Translations under genes and position numbers: made by a program
Notes under the pieces: generated by a model
What the model was told of the DNA's origin: nothing
The model's database searches: none
What the model saw: the letters and a program-made list of their open reading frames with translations, nothing else
Shown here: positions 1 to 14,100 of the stretch, piece by piece
How positions within the stretch are numbered: the stretch's first letter is position 1
Layout: the number at the start of each line of letters is the position of its first letter
Assembly (NCBI GenBank): GCA_002633005.1
Contig: NMRA01000956.1
Span: 25,000-88,999 of the forward strand
Direction: 5' to 3'
Length of the DNA stretch: 64,000 bases
Origin: Phoronis australis
Taxonomy: Eukaryota > Animalia > Phoronida

Positions 1-2116
1 TCTTGGTTTACCATCATAGGCGTCTAATGCTAATAGTAATGGTTTTATTATTCCCACGTAATTGAACTTAAGTTTTCTGTTATATGATGGAATATGCAGT
101 CTGGTTGCTGGTCATTTAATTTTTTAAGTTTATTTTAATATTCTGTAGTCTAAGGCTTAGCTTATTAATAAATGAATGCTAAATGTTCTACTATCTCCCT
201 GCTACTATAATCTATGTTTTACCTACACGTATTGAATCAGTGATCTGTGCCGTTACTGTCGAGTCATTTGGAGAATGGGATTAGGAATTTTGCAGAGCTG
301 TCGAGGTTAAGGTGAAGAGCAAGTTAAAATTAACAGAATTATCAATTTGTCTGAAGTTTACTTAAAGTTTCAACATTTGAATAAATATTCAGGCTTTACT
401 TTGAAATTTTAATGTTGTAAAGTTCAGTCACTCCAGGCTGACATTTGCACAAGGTACAAGCTGTAACTGAAATGGGTATATGCAGACTGTTTGAAAGAAA
501 GATAAATACCATATACCTTGTAGAAAGGAGACACACGATGTGATCTAAATTTTGCATGTCTTGAGTACTTCACATAAAGCAATACATAGAGAACACTTCT
601 CTCGTCTCTAATTTATGAAATGAGCAAAACCTCTTGGAAATTTTGTCAAAATCCCGAGGCTTGCCAAGTGATTTTGTTATCTCACATGAACTGTAAAAAC
701 AGCCGTTTTGCCGAAAAGCTCGAGGTGTCTAAAACTTTCAGCCACATGACGCAACTTTTATAAAAACGTGCTTGTGCTGTCAAGTAAACCCAATTAATTT
801 TTGTAATATTTTCATTTTAAAACATAACAATCTGTAAATTGCATTCAGCTTTCATAATAAACATGCAAGTTAGAATCTTGTCAAATGTTAATAAATTAGT
901 CTGCAGGGCTTCCCCGTCTGTGAGCACAGAATTGACAGCACAGCTAGGCAGTCTCACTGTGTGGTTTCTTGAGTTGAGGTTCATCTCTGAATGTACATGA
1001 TGCTGCTGCTTTGGATGTCATGTTGAACCTCGTCTCTTTCATGGAATTCTGGCATTGTTTGGTTGCTGGAATTAGTGTTGCACAGATAAAATGTAAGGGA
1101 TATAGATTTCTACTGTTCACTACTTTGTGATTTGCCCTGCATGTAATATCAAAAAATTACGTACTCTGGTTTTAATTCATTAGCCAGTCCTGTCATAACA
1201 CATGGCCGGTCATGTGAGAAATATAGATCGATTCCTGGTTTCCTTGAAAATACATCTTTGAATTGTGGCGATTCTTTTTGCATTTACACGTTCAAGTTCT
1301 GTGATTAGTGTCCCAATCTCACAGTAGACTGAAGCACTTCAAGTCATTGGCATTAAAATGACCCAAACATATTGAGGTTTCAAATGATCCCTGTCTTGGT
1401 GAAACGGTGTTGCAGAACTAGTGTTCACTTTAGCTCATTTTCATTGCCAGTGTTTGAATTGAATCATTTACTATTAATCATAAGCCAATACTAGCATGTG
1501 TTATCGTGTTTACATCCAGATTGTCACCACAATGCTCACAAAAAGTGTTGTTGTATTGAGCAGTGCCAAGCGACTATTTCTGTTTTGTTAACTGGGCTTC
1601 ATTTCTTTGCTTTCTTTTCTCGTAAAATTTCTCTTTGTTGAACTCCTTTCGTGCTGACTCGCGAAATGCTGTTGATTTCCATGACACATTTTGCTGCCTT
1701 AAATATTAAGATGAAAAGTTTTGTCCATTTCATGCCAGTTCATAAGCTCTGACTGCATGGTCAATGTTCTGACTACTTTGCATGCTTGTGCATTATTTGT
1801 TATTTTCTGTTAATCCGTGTTACATGTAGACTGAAGTGTGTCAACACTACATTCTGAGGGCATGATGTTAAAAGTTTAAGACATAAAACGTTTCCAAAAC
1901 AATGACTTTTAATCAAACGCAAATAAAATGCATGTAACAACAAATATTTAAAAATTGTATGCAGGTCATGATTTTAACAAATGAATACAACAGTCACCTG
2001 AAAATTTCAACAAGTTATAACGTATAAAATTTAAAAATTCAACAAATAAAATATTCAACACATGCTCAAACAAACTTGCTTCAGATCTAGGAACCTCCAC
2101 TCTTAATGCATCTAAA

Positions 2117-2199
2117 TTACCAGGATGTTCCACGGCTGATGATGATCTCTCCATGAAATCTTCGCTGACGGAGGAAAACAATTCTCTGTTTTCCGAGTT
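2117..2199 (-). CDS. REC8: REC8 last coding exon (ELGKQRIVFLRQRRFHGEIIISRGTSW*)
   Basis: ttttcag acceptor, phase 1; kleisin C-terminal Q...GxIxI..G pattern; TAA at 2119-2117. Confidence 0.88.
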
Positions 2200-5100
2200 C
2201 TGAAAAATATATTACTTCACAACATCCAAATCGTCAAACTGCGCGACATTCTGTGATTTGCACCACCCAAGTGTTCACTTTATCTATGTTTTAGTACAGC
2301 AGAAGAATCCAGCTGTTGGACTCTTCAATTCTAAGACCAACCAGCTTTAAGCTTAAATATTATCAAGATGTTTTATTTAATTGTCATCCACAATACTCCA
2401 AACAGAGAGTAGTCACTTGATTAGAAAATCCAGCCACTGGTTTTAGAAGTCCTGTAGGCATGAATGTTTAACTTTTGAACAACTAATATCTCACTGTCAT
2501 GTTTAGAAGTCCTGTAGGCATGAATGTTTAACTTTTGAACAACTAATATCTCACTGTCATGTTTAGAAGTCCTGTAGGCATGAATGTTTAACTTTTGAAC
2601 AACTAATATCTCACTGTCATGTTTAGAAGTCCTGTAGGCATGAATGTTTAACTTTTGAACAACTAATATCTCACTGTCATGTTTAGAAGTCCTGTAGGCA
2701 TGAATGTTTAACTTTTGAACAACTAATATCTCACTGTCATGTTTAGAAGTCCTGTAGGCATGAATGTTTAACTTTTGAACAACTAATATCTCACTGTCAT
2801 GTTTAGAAGTCCTGTAGGCATGAATGTTTAACTTTTGAACAACTAATATCTCACTGTCATGTTTAGAAGTCCTGTAGGCATGAATGTTTAACTTTTGAAC
2901 AACTAATATCTCACTGTCATGTTTAGAAGTCCTGTAGGCATGAATGTTTAACTTTTGAACAACTAATATCTCACTGTCATGTTTAGAAGTCCTGTAGGCA
3001 TGAATGTTTAACTTTTGAACAACTAATATCTCACTGTCATGTTTAGAAGTCCTGTAGGCATGAATGTTTAACTTTTGAACAACTAATATCTCACTGTCAT
3101 GTTTAGAAGTCCTGTAGGCATGAATGTTTAACTTTTGAACAACTAATATCTCACNAAATTTGGAGTCAAGACTCCAAATTTCGAGTCAAAAAATTTTCGA
3201 GTCTGACATTAGGCACGCCTATTTCGAGTTTGGACTCCAGTCGAGTTGAAAATGAGATTTCGAGTCCGAGTTCGAGTTCGAGTCTGACATTAGGCACCGG
3301 GCCCTGCTCGGATAAGCCCCCTTTGCGAATTTTGAAGATTTCCAGATAAGCACCCACTTCTCGGTTAAGTGCCCATCCCCCAATACCACCATGAAAAGGT
3401 AGCAAAACAAAGAAATTTTAGTTCAATGACATAAATGACATTAGTACGGTTGGTCAGTCCTAGAATTTTGAAAGGTGTTTTTCGGCATGAACTAGTGGGT
3501 ACTTAGCTACTTGAATAATTGTGCCAGTTAGAGAGTGCCCACTAACCATTGGCATCGGCAACTTGCCTTATGGCAAGTACTTTGAACTTTCAATTTCAAA
3601 GGTCACAGCCTGAAATGGCAACTCTCTGGCTTAGCGGTTAAGCACCCATGTTGAAGTAGGTGCCCACAACAGATTTCTTATTTTATATTTAAGCCCCCGT
3701 GTCTGGTTAAGCAGCCACCCCTGAAATTTTTAGTTTTGTCAATTTAACATCTCTTACCATTAATTCAAAATGAATGTTTACTGTAATACTAATTCAATAA
3801 GTGAAAATGCAAACTTAAGGAAAGTGTATCATCAAGTGAGTAGTAAAATAATTATTGTTTAAGTTGGGACTAAAATTTGCTCAAATTGCACTTTTTATGC
3901 AAAGGGTTTACTAAACTGCGTCAAATACTCATTCAAATTTTCATCAAACTCCAACAAGTATGCCCTGTTGTGTGCTAGTGAATTTTTTTCTCCGAGTGTA
4001 TTCCTGCTGTGTGAGGATCTGTACTGCATGTTCAAATTTGCCATTAGTGATACAATCTCATAGCGACCTAACACAAACAGTTAGCAAAAGAAACAAATTT
4101 AGATTTAACTTGTTCAAAACATTCTAAGATGACTGTAAAAACTGTACCTAAAATTGGAACAGATGTCACTGTCTTGAAATTCATATTGCAAACACAATCA
4201 ATAAAATGCCCATGGATCTGATCGAGGTACACCCTGTAATTATTTTAAGCTCAGTGACTGCATTATACCGCTGAACATATGCCAGTGCTGTCCCACGTAA
4301 CTAAGTATATACAGCTACTAAAATTAAGCCTTTTTTCTGTATTTTTTCCTAGACTTTTACTTCTGTTTGTACAATTCACTACAAATTCAAATGCGCCGTG
4401 GCAGTAGTCCCCACATCGTGACTGTTGCGTGTGACTAATTAAATGTGTCTCACTTATTGATGCAAACACACCCATAACAAATCAGTTGCGAAAAGCTATC
4501 ATGAATATTTAATGATACATCATCATCTGATTAGTATTTCAATCACACTGTGTTAATCAGAACTTACCAAGAACAGACATGAACATGCTGGCGGCCACCG
4601 ACCTGCGATAAGATGTTGGGCAAATCTGTGCGAAGGTTGTCTCTGGCTGAACAGTTGTCAGTGACGCTATTAGTCTGCAAGACACCCAATGAATAGTACC
4701 ATTATTTCAAATAGTGCTGTCCGTCTACAAAAGCTAAATCATAACAGGAATTGGCGAGTATCTTAGATTACTAAAGAAGCCCAAAAGAGCCCTAGCATGA
4801 TAGGCACTTGGAAATTCACTAATTATTATAACAACACCTGGAGACTCCCAGATACAAAGAGTACTAGCCTCAAATATAGATTTTAGTAACTTGACAAATA
4901 CAGGGTGTCCCAAAAATGTACTCACACTCAAATATGTTAATGGGAGTTTAAATTAAATTCCCGTGGATCAGACTCCATGTCTGGGCAAGGAAGTGCAAAT
5001 TAAGAAACTTCTTAAGTTATCAAATTAATATTAAAAGCACTTAATATTTTGATTCAAAGACTTACTGCCTATTTGGTACACATCTTGTTGAATTTAAGCC

Positions 5101-8100
5101 AGTAATCTCATCCGTAAGTCTTTATTACACTGTGAAGTTGAAGTGTGAGGAAAATTTTGGGGACACTCTGCATAATATGCAGACATTTTTATGCACATCA
5201 AATATACAGTACACTCAGTTATTTAAATACAACAGTTCACCTTAAGACTTCATCATGTTTCAAAGTTAACATCTTGTGTTGGTCAGCTGACCCCTGCTTA
5301 TCGACTTCAGGTGACCCCTTAAGACCAGGGGAGATAACCTCTTCCTGTGCTGGCTCCTCAACCACAATGTCAAGATTGGTGTCGATAAACGTCAGTGGAA
5401 CCGTGTCCATGTGTTCTGGTATGGAGAGTTCATCTTCAGACGAAGAGGCCCTTGATAACCGACTTCGCTTGCGAGCAGATCTGAACAATTAAATAAATAA
5501 ATTATTCAGTCCATAAATTCCACAGCTGTTTGGCTGTTAGGATATGATTTTAGTGTAAATGAAGATTCAAACTCCAACCAACATTAAACGCCTCGGAGAG
5601 TCTTCAAGCAAAATAAATTAAGACAAAACACAAAACGATAGCTAGCAGTTAATAATGCAAAATGGAATGATCTGTTTCAGTAAAACCAGCTAGTTCCAAA
5701 TAACTTTAATTAATATGTTGTTTGCCAACTGAGGAGTTCAAAGTTCACTACAATCACTGATCAAAAGTAAGTTATTCACAAGCAAGTTTGTGCAATAAAA
5801 AGAGAACAAAAAAATACGCTTAAGTGTCCGATCATTTCTCACACATTTTTGATTAATGAATTCATACATGAATCAGGATTGTGATAAATGATATCAAGCT
5901 GATGATAAATGATCATCACTCAGGGCATCATTCGTGGACAATCTCTTTCGATCATTTATCAAGAGATTTTAATATTATCACAACTGATGACAAACCTTGC
6001 ATAAAAATTATACCAACCATTTCATCAATCACCTCATACTGATTACGGATTTATTGCAATGGATGACAGAATCTGATTTGAATTCATTTAATCTTAATAT
6101 GACAAATTTTGGTCAACAGAACTTGCTGTCTGGATAAAAAAGAAGACTGATTGACAAGTTAGTATTTTTACCCTTCGGTCAGCATTACATCAGACTTGTG
6201 AGCAGGAGACAAAATCCTGGATGAGCGCGACAGGTCTTTCATGCTTTGTTCAAGAGACGTGTCCTGCCGTAACTGCTCGGACACTGCGCTTTGCTAGAAG
6301 TAACATGATGACCAATAAACTTATAAGAAACTTTTATGCATGTCATTTTCATAGGCGACCTGCTTGATTATGACATGTTGGTCATTTCTACACTTGTTGC
6401 AAATCCTGTAGTGCTTATCAATAAGACAACGAAAATAGCATATGATATCAATTGGTTCTGTTCACCTGACTCATTTTGAAACCTGCGCCTCACTAAAACA
6501 AAATGTCCATTTGTATCATTTTTGAGACTTTTTTCAAAAGCTACACAAACGTATCTATTAAGTCATTTTTTTAACAATTTGACCATGCTTTGACTAGGTT
6601 TTGACTTGCAATGGGTGTCAGGTGACTTTTTCTTTGTGAAAATTAGGAAAACTAAGAACTCTAGCATCAGTTTACAAAGATCAGAACAAATTTTGCTTCT
6701 TTAATTGGCCTTATATAAGTGTTGCTAATAGTTTGTGACTTTTATTTCACAAGTAACAGGCACACATGATGCTCCCAATATACTTGCTAAAAATATTCAG
6801 CAATTCCGTAACTTTGAAAAACTCCATGGTAATTCCACATGGTCATTTGAAATAAAATCCCCATTTCCCATAACGAGTGCCCAATTTGCATCACAACTTT
6901 GACCAGAGCAACTTTGTAAATCAAAGCACATTACACTTATTAATCTTATAACGAATAACAAGAACCACCAATGACAGATGATTGACATGATGACCTACAG
7001 TGACCATAGAACAGTATAGTCTTCCAAGATTTTAGCCAAAAGATCTCTTTAAACTTTCATATTACTAACCTCGACTTGGGGAACATTAACTGGTTCTGCA
7101 ACTTGAAGAAGTTCTTCTTCTATATCTGAAAGTATTCCTGATAACTGATCTCACTCAAACACAAAAACAGACACCATGAATATTAAGCAATTTATGAATT
7201 TTTATAATTGGTCACATCAGCTCTAACTTCATAATGCCGCAATCATCCATTCAAGTTGACTGCTTAATCCACACATCATACAACTGGTGTTGAACTTTCA
7301 CCAACTTTGGAATGTACTTCATTCTCACAGGTTCATCATTTCTTCCTCTACCATTCTCTTACAATTCCACAATTTATTTTTCCTTAGTCCTTTGACATTA
7401 TTTTTTTCAATTCTTACTTAGTGAGAAATCAGGAATATCTTTGTCTTCAACTTTTTGAGTCCAATGCATAATTATAATTTCTCAAATGGTTCTGTTGCCA
7501 TGTATCAAAATTCCAGATAGAAGTCTCTAACTCCAGTTCCCAGACCAGCAGATATAAGATTTTAAAAGTGTGTGTGGTACAAATCCCCAGACATGTACCC
7601 CTAAATCACATGGGCAGGATCAAGATTCCTTATCCAGACTTATGTTGGGTAAGGAATCTGGTGCCTATATCTCCGTGCATCAAGCATTCTCATCATGTGC
7701 ATTGCATTTAGGGGAGTGAGTCAGGGGTTAACTTAGCATCTGCTGCTCTGGGACTGGGGTTTCAAGGATTGTAGGACTACATGGTGAAACTTGGAGGTAT
7801 ATGGCCTTGGAATCTGTTTCCACCCAGACAGTACTTAAATTCATCTACTATAATGCAGAGACCACATAGATCAACGTTCAAGCGATGATTTATGGAAATA
7901 TAATACAACATAGAATCAACATACCACTAGGGTGAGCCACTGTCCATAGCTCATTTTCACCTTCCTGTGCCTGGCGCTTTGTTTTACAGTTTCTTAACCA
8001 CAGTGGAAGTAGTTGATGGTTCCCCATGGCTTTTGGAGAATTCATTCACAACAGACAGTATAGTTATCAAAATGAAGTAAATATAAAGCCAAAACTAAAT

Positions 8101-11100
8101 AATTATTTGAATTCTGGCTAGATCTAAATAAAATCCTAGCAATTACATGTTGTGGAAATCCTAACGACTTACCGCGCAAGTCCATGAAAAACTTGAGTGC
8201 TCTAATAACCTCAAATTCAACAATGACAAAAAATGCCATTTTTATTTCGACAAAAGTTCGACAAAACCGCCGTACAGTACTGGCAAGGGTGTTTATCCTA
8301 CTAAGTTTCGCAGAATTTGGCATACATCTAAGTGTCTAGTTCATATTAAAAACCAAAACGCATTTTGGAAAGTGTGGTTCATAGAGTTGTGCTGTCACAA
8401 CATCGACAAAAAATTTCCTTTGACAAACTGACCAAAAATCCGAAATCAAAAGCTGCTTCATTCCTTACAAAATCAGCAACACGATTATGAAAAGCATCCA
8501 GAACAAAACTTCAAGACAATTAAGCACTTCTACCAGAATTTGAGCAATTCAATTCAAGTTTACAGTCAATTTCTGTGGATTGCAGAAAAAGCAATCCCAA
8601 CAAAATTAACAAGGCAGTTTCATGCTTACGCTTACCACGCGTCAGCCTAATTGTGGTACTGCTCCTAAATGCGGGACTGCGCCTAATGGTAGGACTGCAC
8701 CTAATGGTGGGACTGCGCCTAATGGTGGGACTGCACCTAATGGTGGGACTGCGCCTAATGGTGGGACTGCGCCTAATTGAGGGACATTTGAGTAGAAACT
8801 CACATTGATTGTGGTGCTCTGGATAAAAGCGCACATCAACGAGAATGTTATCGAACAAAACAAGCATAAATTGCTGTGTGCAGGGTGTCAGAGAATGAAT
8901 GGTGTCACACTCGAATCAATGATCTACACAAGGGAAGGCAGCCACATAACCTCAATGATGGCGAAGTTATTGACTTGATACACACCGGTCACTTCATCTT
9001 TGGACACAGACAGCAATTAAAGTCAGACATGGTAGATTTTGATTAGATGTCAAAGCCAATGCCACAGTAGTAGACAGTCAGGTTGAGCAATGACAACTCC
9101 AATGCTGCTAAAATGTTTATTAACTACGGTGTAATTGTTTTTTATAAGGAGTTGAACCAAGCATAATTTTTTATTACGCAAGTTGTTCTTGAAAATAATG
9201 CTCGTAATGCGTTTTAAAAGACAAGTGCATATTTTCAGAATTCAACTTTTCCAGTACCCCCCAGAGTGTCACTAACGCCACACGCTGTGTGAAATAAAAT
9301 GTATTTAATAGACTAAGTGTATTTTATAAAATCATTCTACGTGCGCTTTTAACCGGAGCACCGCCTGTGCCTGATTGCCTAACTTAGGGACATTTGAGTA
9401 AAAAATCTTGCAAAAAACGCAGTGATCCATATATAGGTGCATGCCCCTAATCGCGAGGCTATACGGTAATTTCCCTCTTTCTTGACCCCATGTAATTTTC
9501 CTGTATTTTGACACAGGCACATGTATCCGAAATATTGCAGCATTTTTTCAAAGAAAATTCTGCTTTAAGTGTTTCAAATACAGATGCATGAGCTTATACT
9601 TGCAGACTCATGCGTCTAATTGTGGGTATAGGACTGGCTGTAGATTCGTACATACTAGCTTATTGTGTTGCATAAAACTGGATTGACATTTAAGTGTACA
9701 ATGTAGCTTTGCATAGTCACACACGTCAGGTGCCTTGTTCTCAACATATAGATGCGGCAGTAAGTAAAAGAATGGTCGCTTTAAAATATTTGAATGCAGA
9801 GCATTGGCAAAAACAGACAACGTAAGACCCACCTTTCCTAGTTGGTTGCAGAAAGAAATCTTGTAACTTTCTGGCTTTCACAACAGGTATCACATCAACC
9901 TAATAAACAAAGAAAGCATTATTGGTGAAAATGAAATTTTTGTGTAATTAACATAATGATTTTTTATCCACCACTAAAATGTCATTAACCCAATGAAAAA
10001 ATATTGTATAATCAAATCAAAATAGCCACGTTAGTAAAACTGTCCTGTGCTTCAAATTTGACTCAATACGTCGACAAAGACAAGAAACGCAGGCTACTAA
10101 TGTTGTCTAATAACTAGGTACCTGGCTCTAGTCAGACACATTGAACTTGCTAAATAAAATACTATGTATAAAGGTACCATAATTATTCAACATCTGAGCA
10201 TATGACCCAGTGTTCAGAAGTCTGGCTTAAGTCACATATCAGAGTATTAAATATTCTGTAAACTTATAGGATGAAAAGCAGTCGATGCATTTCAGTAATA
10301 GCAACTGGCGCACTGTGCTTGCGGGTTCTTCACAGAAAGGTCAAAGGTGTGAAACTGCTAATAAAATTAATAACAAGTGATCGTAGCAAAACATTAAATG
10401 ATTTACCAAATCCATGCATAAATCTCCTGCAGTTGCTAGGTTGTTCCTAATGGTACTCTTTGACAAAGTAGTCTCTTCATCAGCAAATAGAAGTTGTCGC
10501 TTACGGAGAGCCCTTTTTTTCGTAGGGCTGGGCATTAAGGGTGAGAGTTCAAAGGTCACATCTGCAGGTCGCGGCCGTTGAACTGGTGAATTTTGCGGAG
10601 GAGTTACCCCGGGGCTAGCGCGGTGTCGCTGCAGTACAGGTGGCTCTTCCAAGAGTGCCGAGGGAACACGGGGAGTTTCGTGCAGTCTGCAACCAATAAA
10701 TTTACTCAGAGGTTGTCTTGAATAATCCACATATGAGCATTAAAATAGTATCACAACCTTATTCAAGCTTGGACAATATTCTTCAAATTTTTTGGGACTA
10801 CCTATCAAAGATTCCACACTAACATTACATAAGATTGCTAGCAACACGGCATACATCTTTATTTATTTTAAACCAGTGCACTCAGTTATGCCTTTGCCAC
10901 ATGATCTACGCTGTGTTGCGCAAACAGGTTATTGGATAATGCTTTTTTCATCATGATTTGATGTGAAAACGAGTTTTTCTAGGTGACAGATTTTGCTCAA
11001 GAAAGCCACTTTGACTTATTTTTAACCAGCAACATGCACACCTGTGGTTACCTTAAGACATGGTTTTGCAATTAAGCTTTCAATTTCTTGCTAAACAAGA

Positions 11101-14100
11101 CAACTGGACAAACGAGATTTCACTCTATATATTTGGCAAGGCTAATTTAGCATACTCAAAATCCAGTTGTTGAGGTGATATTTAGCAGGACCAAGCTTGG
11201 TCAAATTTAGCCGAGTTGTGCATATAGACACAAAATTATTGAATGTCTGTAAGACTTAACTGCTTTGTATTAATTTCACACCGTCTCAAAAGCTATTGAT
11301 CAAAACAGCATACAGCTGTACACTACATGTGAAAGCAAAACGTGGAATTCTTTGACTCTAGACACTTGTACAAATCAAAAACACAAAACTTGTAAGTTTG
11401 GGATCTTCCTCACATACACTAGCGAAATGGCAGCCACTGAGAAGTGATTACACAGTGACGGTGTAATGATACATTGTGGGATTACTCTCCATTTCTACAT
11501 TACAAGAGCAAAAATTTCTCTACGCTAGCATTTCAAGATACAGAATGCATCCCATTGTAATATTGTACATAATGGAAATGCTGATAGTGAAGTGTTGTTA
11601 CATGTCACCAGAGAACACACAAAATATGAATTAGTATACACTGACAGCAGCAACTGATCATTAGAGCTGCAGTACGTAACAAACGACTGGTTGCTCACAT
11701 CTGTGCCACAGGTGACATGTGTGTCGTTGTCTCCAGTCCCTCGATCAAGCCATCCATTCCTTGGTCACCTTCAAGGATGTTCTGCAGAGTTAAGTCATCC
11801 GGGGGAGGGATATCCAGGTCACCAGGGATCTGAAGAAGCAGCAGCAGGGTAAAAGTAGCTGTAGCAATAATGGTACTACAGTTATAGTAGACGTAATGGT
11901 AGCAGGAGTAGTAATGGTTAGGGAACGTATCAACAGTAGTAACTATAGTAGTACTAGTAGTAATTATAGCAGGAGTATTAATGGTTAGGGAACGTAGCAA
12001 CAGTAGTAACTATAGTAGTACTAGTAGTAATGATAGCAGGAGTATTAATGGTTAGGGAACGTAGCAACAGTAGTAACTATAGTAGTACTAGTAGTAATGA
12101 TAGCAGGAGTAGTAATGGTTAGGGAACGTAGCAACAGTAGTAACTATAGTAGTACTAGTAGTAATGATAGCAGGAGTAGTAATGGTTAGGGAACGTAGCA
12201 ACAGTAGTAACTATAGTAGTACTAGTAGTAATGATAGCAGGAGTAGTAATGGTTAGGGAACGTAGCAACAGTAGTAACTATAGTAGTACTAGTAGTAATG
12301 ATAGCAGGAGTAGTAATGGTTAGGGAACGTAGCAACAGTAGTAACTATAGTAGTACTAGTAGTAATGATAGCAGGAGTAGTAATGGTTAGGGAACGTAGC
12401 AACAGTAGTAACTATAGTAGTACTAGTAGTAATGATAGCAGGAGTAGTAATGGTTAGGGAACGTAGCAACAGTAGTAACTATAGTAGTACTAGTAGTAAT
12501 GATAGCAGGAGTAGTAATGGTTAGGGAACGTAGCAACAGTAGTAACTATAGTAGTACTAGTAGTAATGATAGCAGGAGTAGTAATGGTTAGGGAACGTAG
12601 CAACAGTAGTAACTATAGTAGTACTAGTAGTAATGATAGCAGGAGTAGTAATGGTTAGGGAACGTAGCAACAGTAGTAACTATAGTAGTACTAGTAGTAA
12701 TGATAGCAGGAGTAGTAATGGTTAGGGAACGTAGCAACAGTAGTAACTATAGTAGTACTAGTAGTAATGATAGCAGGAGTAGTAATGGTTAGGGAACGTA
12801 GCAACAGTAGTAACTATAGTAGTACTAGTAGTAATGATAGCAGGAGTAGTAATGGTTAGGGAACGTAGCAACAGTAGTAACTATAGTAGTACTAGTAGTA
12901 ATGATAGCAGGAGTAGTAATGGTTAGGGAACGTAGCGACAGTAGTAACTATAGTAGTACTAGTAGTAATGGTAACAAAGTAATAGTCAAAGTAGCAGTAG
13001 TAGTATTAGTAGTAATAGTAGAAATGTAGCTACAGTATTATTTAGTAGTTAGCAGTAACAGTTAGTAGCAATTATAGCAGTAGCATCAGTATGTAGCAAT
13101 AGAAGTAACAGTAAGTAGTAGCAATAGAAGAGCAAGTAACAGTTAGTAGTAACAATAGCAGTAGCAGCAGTATGTAGCAATAGAAGTAACAGTTAGTAGT
13201 AGCAATAGAAGAGCAAGTAACAGTTAGTAGTAACAATAGCAGTAGCAGCAGTATGTAGCAATAGAAGTAACAGTTAGTAGTAGCAATAGAAGAGCAAGTA
13301 ACAGTTAGTAGTAACAATAGCAGTAGCATCAGTATGTAGCAATAGAAGAGCAAGTAACAGTTAGTAGTTATTACAGTAGTAGCAGTTTTGTAGTAGCAGC
13401 AGCAGAAGTTATAGCAGAACCAGTAGCAGTAGTAGTAAAAGTTACAGTGTATAGAAGCAATAGCAGTAGTTAGCATAGTCATTATGAAGCAGCAACAGAA
13501 GTGACAACACGAACAGTAGAAACAGAAGCAGTATAACAAGTTCTGTGGTAGTGGATGCTACAGAAAGTAAATTATGGTCGCACTGTGCATTAAAAAGCCA
13601 AGACTCTTTGCTTCTAATAAACATTAAATAAATGTTCATGCAAGCCAGGTGTTGCATTCCGTCTCTGTATGAAATTTAACAACTATATTATTCAACATAT
13701 CTAACAGGAGTGAGTTTAACAATTGGTGCACAAGTTGTGGCAACTGGATGTATCGATGCGCCACAAACTTACGCCCTCAGGAAGGCGCTGACGATCATGT
13801 TCCACTAGGGTGATTGCTTGATTGGGAACAGTGTGCGGACTACCAATTTCTGAAATTAATTAAATAAATAAATATCAATGAGATCAAGATGTTTCAAACT
13901 TTCATAAACTTGTGGCAAGTCCATACAGTCAGTATTTTTGAACTGTTTATATAGTCATGTATAACAACTCTCTGAATTACTTTCTGAAAGTAGGAAACTC
14001 AATGGCTGCATTGACCAATTAGAAACAGAAAAATTGAATTAGGATCAGTTACAAATTAATCAGTTAATTTACCCAAATACAACATTGGTCTACAAAACTA

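Noticed and set aside
1574-1697. Short Lys/Arg/Glu-rich minus-strand frame after a possible acceptor (QQNVSWKSTAFRESARKEFNKEKF...*) as an alternative REC8 last exon
   Set aside because: No recognisable homology, and it would remove the winged helix; likely chance in A-rich 3' sequence.
1966-2181. 71 aa minus-strand ORF from the track
   Set aside because: Wrong frame; the real REC8 terminal exon (2199-2117) is in another frame.
2442-3154. Regular repeats as a CRISPR array (also 11899-12970, 30334-30712, 34019-34278)
   Set aside because: Head-to-tail units without unique spacers, no cas genes, eukaryotic intron-containing context.
8520-8867. Repetitive ORFs (RRSPTI, LGAVPP, LMVGLR)
   Set aside because: Translations of the 18 bp repeat within a MITE-like element.
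11916-12926. TTAGGG as interstitial telomeric DNA
   Set aside because: Only one hexamer per 67 bp unit, never in tandem.
13072-13539. 155 aa Cys/Tyr/Leu-rich ORF
   Set aside because: Translation of the 81 bp satellite inside a REC8 intron.
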